64,000 bases of DNA, taken from NCBI GenBank assembly GCA_951406725.2, contig OX597825.1:3596001-3660000 (forward strand). Direction: 5' to 3'. The notes beneath the pieces are model-generated. The model saw only the letters and a program-made list of their open reading frames with translations. It was not told the origin of the DNA and did no database searches. A program made the position numbers and the translations under genes. Source of the DNA: Octopus vulgaris (Eukaryota). This document shows, piece by piece, positions 54,886 to 64,000 of the stretch; the stretch's first letter is position 1; each line of letters opens with the position of its first letter.

Positions 54886-57800
54886 TAATAAAAGTCAACC
54901 ACCATTTCTTGATACGTATATGATCGGAAACAGCACATGATTAGAAATAATACGATATCGATCAATAATTATTGTGTATATTAACAGTATTATGTTAAGT
55001 GTAAATACTTCAATATTTTATTCTTATTATTTGGTTCTCTTTTTTGTATATTTTTGAGAAAAAATCTTTTTTTAATTTTGATAACCTACACCTCAGTCCA
55101 TAATGTTCGTTCACTTGTACCGCCTCACTCATTTTCAGGTTTCTATTTGTTTAACTATGATTCATATGTTTATACTGCCCTGTCGTCAGTGTAGTCACTA
55201 TCTTCTTTTTGGTTTCTGTTACTTTTTTTATATATTGATTTCACCCATAAATAAATAGATAGGATGAAATATTCAATCTTATAACTTCGGATTTCCCCTA
55301 TACATTCTAAAGTTATTGGAACCTTAACATTTTTATCTCGACAATCCAAGTATTTTTCTAATAATGTTTCAAATACGTATTTATTTACTTGCTAAAGTTT
55401 GTATTTCTCTGCTTGAACAATATATATATATATATATATATATAAATGTCTTACACGAGAAGACCTGAAATTAGTTAAAACATGCAAATATAGAATCATA
55501 AATACGAAAATCAGGAAAGCTGTTACACATTTATATAATGTATGTTTATTTCGAAGGAGATAGACAATAATAGGAAATGCTAAATATTTAGTTTTAATTT
55601 CAGGAAGCCGGTGAATGAAAGCGTTATTGTCCGTCATCGAAACCCAGTAATAAACATACACAACTTCATAAATCCATCGATTATTTGATTTTCCCACACC
55701 AACGTTAAAATAGATATTTATTTATAGATATTTATTTATAGGCATTATATTTTTCTTATTGTTACATTTTCGAAATGATCTTTTAGATAGGTATGACAGA
55801 CATTTTAGGAAATTGACATGAATAAAATAACCAGGGAGATTGATTAGCAATAAGTCGTATGCGATACGGGAATACCTATAAAAATATGGTATATAAATTC
55901 CGTACTATATATATTTCGACCAAAACAATAAATTCGACATTTGATGAGTTTCCCTTTGTGTAATTGGGCGCTGTAAATTAATGTAGTTCACTCAGAGTTC
56001 AAAATACACCTCACAAACGTGAGATATATTACTGCATATTATTGATCTAAAACAAATATATATTTAATTAAAATGGAGAAGTAGTTGATGTGAAGTATTG
56101 TCTGATACTGTATTAAACGAATTCTTTTGGTTGAGGTTGAGCAATAGAAAATAAGATGTAAAGCAAACAAAAAGAAAAGAAGACAAAGTTGGATTTTTTC
56201 CTTTATATTCCTACATTTCGAGGTTATAGCTCTTTCTTGAAGGCATGTGGTGAAGCAAGGACTGGTAAAGTTTATAGCTCACACTGGTGTTCTTAGAGTA
56301 ATCTGTCTGCGTCAAGTATCTCTTTTCTGATATTTATAACTACTCTCAGTTTGTTGATAAGTAGGGCCTCCATGATTCTGCAGTTAATATGCATAGCTAA
56401 AATATTCAAAATGTGTCGTTAGGTACATGTAATTCACTATCTTTTGAGACTATATATGTACGCCAAAAACCTCCCCTTGATCTGATATATATCTTATTCA
56501 CGCAAGCACAGCAAGCCCACAGTAAACATATTTATGAAAGAAAGAGCCATGACATTAGAACCAGAATCGATAAACCTTGCGAGTCTTTAAACATTCAGTG
56601 AATATGTTAAGTTAGACAACCATGTCTCTCTGAAATCACATCCACAAGTCTTAAGTAATGACGGGGCAATATTACAAAAGAGCAATCTTCTATAATCGTA
56701 AATAAGACCATATGGTGGCTGTGGGAATGATTTTAGTTATCTTTGGTCAGTGCTAACCAGAGTTAACCAATCGGCATAGGTAATTTGTGACATGCGTAGA
56801 AATATAAATGAAAATATTAAACGCAATGATGCAAGAGTTGTTACTCTACATTCAACATGATTACGTTTAGTAACGTGGTAATTATATGATTTGGGGGACC
56901 GCTGGAATGCATCAGGGATTGTGGTCTGCAATTAGCTGATCACGGGCCTCAAGAAAAGAAGAAATGGAATACAAATTTAATAATGCAATTTTAATTCAAG
57001 AAATACCTCAAAATAGAGAAATGTTGCGGATACTATTTGTTTCGGATTGTGTTGAATCGAACTAAACAATACAATTTAGAAGCTGAGTATATTGTGTTAG
57101 CATTAAGTTCTGGCATGGGAATGAAATTGGATAGTCAATCTATACCCATGAACATTTGGATAACATAGTTGTTTTAATATTCTGTGTATTTGTCGCATTA
57201 TCAATAGATGAGAAGTTGATTAGTTACCAGATGTGAGCTGCAGGACCGATACTTGAAGTCATACAAAGCGTGGGATTTCTGAGCATTGAACCGTGCAGCG
57301 TTTTGCCAACATAATCCATCGAGAATATTACAATATTTTCTTTTATTCGCAAAACATACATCGCACTAATCACACGCAATTAAGGAGTATTCTCTATAAT
57401 AGCAGGTACATCTGCCTGTAATGAAGAAGTAAATGTATGATGATGGCGAATAGACTCTACTGCTCTAATAAGTGTCATTGGATTTCAAACCGGTATAAAC
57501 CTTGGGCTAAAAAAAACGTTACAGAATAGTTGATGTTGGAAGGTAACTGTAATACTTGTAAGATTTTCATAAATAGGTCTTCAATATATGAGAACAGAAG
57601 CAAAGATTTATATTTATTTTATTATCAGTTGTAATAATGTAATGTATACTATTGCTTATAAAATACTACTATTCTCGAAACCAAAACCTCACAGCTCCAG
57701 ATTGCACATAAATATATATATATATATATTGCGGATTTGCATTGCAAATATCAGATTAACATTTCATGGTAATCGATGCTCCACATAAATGTAATTTAGC

Positions 57801-58249
57801 TACTAACTGAAAGATTGTTTTCAGTGAGATATATAAATATGTGCTGGTGAATACATACATACATACATTACATACATTACATACATACAAACATACATGC
57901 ATACATACATATATGCACACATACACATATGCATACATACATGCATGCATACAAACATACATACATACATACATATATACATACATACATACATACATAC
58001 ATACATACATAAATACAAGCATGCGCAGAAAATATTATTTCTGTAGTGTTTCCTAAGCAATGTGCAGTTTTGGCCGGCGTTTGTTTCATAAGATTTTGCG
58101 CATTTCAACTTGAGTTGCAGTTCTGTATTAAGCGTAGACCAAGAACGGGCGCTTGGCACCTGCCGTGTCGACAAGCGGTCACAGGGCTCAACTGGAATAT
58201 TCACACTGGCGTTGTATTAGAAATAAGTAGCGGGCAAGAGTGATATTTT

Positions 58250-59500
58250 CGAGAAAACTCATGGCGTCTGGATCGTTCCATTAGCTGGCCCTTTCCGAAG
58301 GACTTTAGAGTCTGGGCATACGGACAGTTTCCAGAAATCCTTGGCAGGGCAGTGTTAAAGGATTCCTCTGCCTGATTCAGAGTAGATCTGCAGGCCTGGA
58401 AGTGCTGCTGTCAGGCAGGTATCTGAGATTTGTGCAGGACGATGAAACTATTCTCGCCGCACTCATACAGTATCCGGGCATTGCTGAAAGAAGGATATTG
58501 TTCGAACTGTTGTTGACATATGTAGGACAGATCTGCATAACAGCTGCGTTCAACATGTGTATCGTACCCTCAAAGCATTTGGCCGAGAAAAGGAATATAC
58601 TCCTTCTAGATACTAGATACCAAGTGCCCTGCCGGTTTACATTTGTTTCAAAGCTAGAGCTGCATCGAAGAGCGGGCTGTAGTCAAAAACAAATGAATCT
58701 TGCGAACGTTGACTACACCTGATTACCATCAAAGGAGCGGTGCCGATCACATTGATGTGTTTGTTGTCCGACATACGATAACGATGTACACATACGCTGT
58801 GTCCTAATTCATGCGGGACGCTCATAGAATCCTTTAAATTGAGCTATATTTTCGTGACAAGCCAACCTTGTCGGATGAAACGTATAATATCCAGTTGTTC
58901 CGTTAGATGGCTACGTTTTCAGACCATCGAAGTAGATGTCTCTGCACATTGCAGCAAAGCAAACCCTGATTAGCCAACCAAAACATGGCGTTTATACACG
59001 ACCAGTCGAACGATTTTCACTGATTTAAGTAAACGGGGACCCACCCAAACGCGGTTACTTACCCATTGCTTATACAATGTATCACGTAGTGTTCTGCTCA
59101 TCGGAAATAGGTTTCCTTGGGACAGGACATATTCATCTATCAACTTCAAGAATATCGACGACAAAAATCAACTTGTTGCTTAACACGATACTCAAAACCC
59201 TCAACTCTGCATTTAGCAGACTCACGGCTCTAAAGTTATCAATATTATGCACATCGTTGTGGCTCTTTCTCAACAAAACCACCATTACACGCTTCGCAGT
59301 ACAGGGTTCTCCTTCGGTCTATCACATGTTGGAGTAAGCTACCTTCTTAGAAGCTGGGAACATCTTCTGGTTTATAAAAATAAAGCCCATAGGTTAGACC
59401 ATCCAGCTCCGGCTGTTTCTCCATCAATGCCGAAAAAGTCGGCATTCTTGGCCGCGTGCGGCCCCCGGTTGTTGATGGAGACGGTAAATTAAAGCCCAGC
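58250..59500 (+). mobile_element. Very degenerate RTE-like LINE (RT region and C-terminus)
   Basis: GC-richer block with colinear remnants: ILGRAVL (KILARVL-like), LPDSE*ICRPG..AVRQVSEIC (LPESQCGFRPG..AVRQLQEKC-like), GFLGT..IDD..SAFSRL, MPKK..GPR. Confidence 0.55.
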
Positions 59501-61090
59501 GTCCGATCCTATTTCCGCTCAAATTTCTTGTTTCTTTTTAGGTAATGAATATTGCTATTGATATGAATTGAAGCAAGTATATATATACAAATGACCATAT
59601 GGTTTAAAGCTTCTAAACGATGTCTGTTTGCCGTACAATTAATGCATTCTAAACCAAGATCTGATCCAGTTCATAATGTTTAGGTTATCCATGACACATT
59701 TCCACATTACTGAATTCGGAAGGATCTACAGAAATGTTTATTCGTGTCGGATTTCATCATTTCACCTGCTTTATCATGTATACTCTATAGCGAACGAATA
59801 TTAATGACAACAGGAGTCGGAACAGCAATATCAATAAAACAAAGTCATCGCCGTCGTCATTGTCATCATCATCATCATTACCACCATCATTATCATCATT
59901 TTCACTGCAGGCGGCAGCATCTACAACAGCAACAGCGCCGCCGGATTGGTGGTGTAAAATATTAACAGCTTTCAGTTCTATTACAAAACGTGTAAATAAT
60001 TAATAGCATGCGCATTACACACGAGGATAGTTCGGCCAAAGAATTAAGTAACGTTAAGTATTGTAACTAACTCATTTTCAAATTATCTCTAAACATAGAT
60101 ATCTTCCATTTCTTTATATCACCTCATCAAATATCACCTTCGAGGTCGTTGAAGTTCCCAAGAGTCTCATATGAGGAACAAAAACTGAGAAATGATTTTA
60201 AAATTGAATAATAAACAGGAATTTGATAAATGAGTATCAATATAGTTAAGGTTAGGGAGGCAAAATTCATCAATTGTTCTATTGGCCGAGAAAATCATAT
60301 TCTATCAACAAGCTTTCGGAATATCATATTTCACAATCAATAATATTCTGCTTTGCAAAACAAATCTTTGATGATAATTTGCATACTAAAGGAAGATAAA
60401 TTAGAAGTTGCTTTGTCGACGGAGTGAGTGTAGAAGACTGGCTATCAAATTTGTAAAAGGGAAAAATCGGTATATTAAATAAACAAAACAGTGAAGATAA
60501 TAAATTAAACATAGAGTAATAAATCCGCTTGATTTTCATTTTCTTTTGTCTTGTGTCTTTTTGTATTATGTCATTTCAAATATAATTTCAGATTGGAAGT
60601 TCCAAGTAAAAGAAAATGGAAACAATAATAAGTGATGTGCCAATTAAACAAAAAGACAGTGAAAAAATTGAGCAAAATAAAATAAATATTTCACGTGTAA
60701 AATGACACATAGAATTAGGAAGTTCTTTAATTCCATACTGGCAGAATATGTTAATAATTTTGAAATTAATTTAGAAATTCAATAATATTCAATTACACAC
60801 ATTTGTTAGTTTAGTCTTGGAATCATGCCTGTCGTAGTTTATTTTCTTTTCGTTTATTTGTTTATTTAATTTTTTGTCGTATAAGATATGTCTCGTTCAA
60901 TTTATGAAGATGGTTAGCATGACCTCAAGTAAATTTTAATAAAATTAAAAACACCGATAACAAAAGTAAACGGAACAATAAAGAATATTACCAAACACGG
61001 AACATATTTCCTAACTGCAAACGATAGTGCATTCTCCGTTCTACATTGTAGAGTAGTCGACACGTATCTGAAAGCAGAATAATATATATA

Positions 61091-61322
61091 TATTTTTTTA
61101 CTACCCACAAGACGCTAAACACAGAGGGACAAACAAGGACAGACAGACAGATTAAGTCGATTACATCGACCCCAGTGCGTAACTGGTACTTAATTTATCG
61201 ACCCCGAAAGGATGAAAGGCAAAGTCGACCTCTGCGGAATTTGAACTCGGAACGTAACGACATACGAAATACGCCTACGCATTTCGCCCTGAGTGCTAAC
61301 GCTTCTGCCAGCTCAGCGCCTT
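61091..61322 (-). mobile_element. SINE family 1 full-length copy (tail A) with 20-bp TSD
   Basis: Complete head, core and tail on the minus strand. TSD aaagc(a/c)gaataatatatata at 61071-61090 and 61323-61342. Confidence 0.93.
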
Positions 61323-61839
61323 AAAGCCGAATAATATATACTTGCAACGTGCAACAGATATGTCGATTTCCTCCAAAATAGACAAAAATAAAATAAGAAA
61401 TAAGAAACAAAATATAATAAAATGAAAGAAAGAAGGAAGAAGAAAGGAGAGAATAAAAGAAAGAAGAAATATCGATAGAACACTGGCGTCAGTTGCTTTT
61501 GAGATAATTGTATTTCTTTTCCGAAGCATGATAGGGCTTCCATTACCGTTTGTTAATTAGGATTTTTGTTAAGTAACGAGAATAAAACCAATTGTAATTG
61601 CCACAATTGCTGCAACAATTAATATCTTCTGTCCTACTACTATTAAAATAATACAACAACAACAATAACAATAATAACTAATTATAGTAATAACAACAAC
61701 AATAATAATAATAATAACACAATCGATGCCACAACCACAACAACTAAACACAGCTGCTTCTACAACTGAAATTCTCTTCCTCCTTCTACTAATTCTAGTA
61801 AAATTAAAAACGGTTTCGAATCCTCGGACAAAGCAACAC

Positions 61840-62030
61840 ATTCTATGAGGGAAGGGTTAGAATGATTGCATCCAACTCAGTCGTTCACAGTTAATCATTT
61901 TATCAACTGCGGCAGAGGAAAAGCAGAACGACTTCAACGGAATTAGAATTCAGAATGTAAAACTTTAGCAAGAAATGCCGCTAGAAAAACAATTTTCCCA
62001 TTCGTTAACAATACTGTCGCCTGGTCATAC
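61840..62030 (-). mobile_element. SINE family 1, degenerate copy
   Basis: ttttatcaac..gaaaagcagaacgacttcaacggaattagaattcagaatgtaaa..gaaatgccgctag..gttaac. Confidence 0.6.
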
Positions 62031-62644
62031 TCGCGTTACATCTAATATTTCTAATAAAAATAATTAAATGTAACTATGTTAATATTCTTCAATTTTTTTT
62101 TTTAAGCACAACGGCTGAAAGTGTACAGCAATCTACAAGCACACGTAGAAAATATGAGGTCAAGATTAAAACATAGGATAAAAACTAAGAGGGTAATTGA
62201 AATGCATTTTGCAATATATAAATTAAATGAATTGCATATGAAGACAAAACTTCCATGGATACAATTTATATAATATTCCTTTTAATTTTGACAGAAGCCC
62301 AGTTATTTTTCAGAGGTGGATAAACGAAATCTGGGTGAATGTGGCAAAACAGGTCCCAGTGAACAAGTTTATTCTAGCCATGCACCTGTAGTTTGAAGGA
62401 GGATAGGATGATATGGAGGGATCGCCCTGTCTTCATTGGCAACGACTCGCTATGGTAGGCAGGGTGACCGCCGTTTTGTGAGGATCCGACGAGCAGCGTT
62501 ACGGAGACTCCATCAATTGCGGAATTATTAGGATAAGTTTATATAATGACCCATTTTTTAAAATTTTGACACGCTTTTTATGTATCCCCACATTGTAGTG
62601 CCCTGTAACCTTAGCTTTTTTTAAACCCCTAGTGATTATAGAAA

Positions 62645-63400
62645 AATTATCATTTTATCGTCTTTGCACAGCTTCTAATGCTGGAGATTACTATGATGTC
62701 ATATGTTCACTACCAGTGAACACCCCTCATATTTCGTACACTATTCGGAGGATTCGAGCGGTTCTAAGCACTGCTGTTTTCTGCAAGTGCTTCCTCCTTA
62801 TTACAGCCCCTTTTTGTTTCATGTACCTGTGAAGGTTTTTACTCACTGTTCCCAGGACTCCGGCAATTATTGGCAGTACTACCACTATTTTCAGCGACCT
62901 CAACTGTTTAACCTCCCAAGCTAACCTGTTATATCTATCGACTTTTCTTCCATATCGCATAACTTTTTGTCAGCTGGGCATGCTATATCTATGGTCCAGC
63001 ATCGTTTGCTTTCTTTCCCAATTAAGACTGTGTCTGGTTGCCTATTTTCAATCTTATGGTTGCACTGAATCATAAAATTCAATAGGGTCTTTGCATTATC
63101 ATTTTCGATGATTCCTCCTTATTTATATTCCTACCACGTTTTTGCTCTGCCAAGTCCATACTTGTTGCATCGTGTCCAATGGACAATCATTGCTATATTG
63201 ACATGACGTTTCTTATATTCTTTCTGGGCTAGTGGCGTACATTGACTGGTAATACGCCATACAATTTCACCAATTTGTCCACAAATTCTGGAATTATCAC
63301 TTTCTAATGTATTGTGTGTTGTGTATTTGTTGTACTTCTTCCTTAATGCTTTCTCTTGAGCAGCACCAATTAGAGCCTTCATTGATGCCATTGACACCAT
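62645..63400 (-). mobile_element. R4/Dong-like RLE retrotransposon 3' fragment, element C (third, older family)
   Basis: ALIGAAQEKALR, degenerate knuckle SRICG..EIVWRITSQCTPLAQKEYKKRH, QPDTVLI..IDIACPAD, LPIIAGVLGTVSK, LQKTAVLRTARILR. Contains stops and frameshifts. Confidence 0.88.
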
Positions 63401-64000
63401 GAATCCAGTGCTTGTCTTGTAGACCTTAAGCAATGAATGATCTCCAATCAACGATAACTCGGAATTTCTGTAAACCACCAACAGTAACAAAAATGCACAC
63501 ACGCACACTGTTTTTCGTACATAAAAGGCACAAAAAGAAAAACACGAACAGAAAAACAAGCATTTCTCACACATATGAAAAATTTCCTATTCGCACCGCC
63601 GAAGCAAACCATATTCACATACAGACTTATGATGTGTTCACATGTATCTCTACAAAACTAAGCATATTTATATATTTGAAAGCACAGAACTATTGGTACA
63701 TGCGCGTGTCGATATTCTATGTGCGGAACATACTCTCAGCTTTCTTTTAGTATAATAACTTTGTATCTGTTTTATGAATTAGCGTAGCAAGATTCCTGAT
63801 GTGAAGCTGTGTGTTAAAATAGATGGTTTTTTAAATATATATTTCAGGATGGTCATACTGTTGGATTAAACGGAATAGGTGGTTACACGTGAAAGAGTAG
63901 GGCCTCTAAGAGGTTACAGACATGTAACGAAAGGCTTTAAGATAATAAACGAACAGTAATATACGAGTGAAGAACGAATGTATAGTGCATGTGTTTATTT

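Overview
AT-rich, gene-poor eukaryotic DNA, not prokaryotic. The abundant (TA)n/(CA)n/(TAA)n/(GATA)n microsatellites and two SINE families resemble octopus (coleoid cephalopod) genomes; this assignment is from memory, not a search. Nearly all listed ORFs are microsatellite translations or noise, and no intact host gene was recognised. The recognisable content is mobile DNA: (i) two distinct R4/Dong-like restriction-like-endonuclease (RLE) non-LTR retrotransposons head-to-tail inside (TAA)n tracts at 21.4-25.9 kb, plus a third 3' fragment at about 63 kb; (ii) a near full-length Hsmar1-like mariner nested in an unclassified repeat whose empty-site homolog lies 2 kb away; (iii) a second mariner fragment and a maT/DD37D relic; (iv) four RTE-type LINE relics; (v) about a dozen copies of a tRNA-like SINE with two alternative tails, some with clear TSDs and one dimer; (vi) a degenerate 5S rRNA copy directly upstream of a SINE. 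A few possible small exons and two AG|GTAAG motifs hint that the window is intronic, but this is weakly supported. I found no convincing wholly new system; the best leads are the TAA-associated RLE retroelement tandem and the 5S+SINE juxtaposition.
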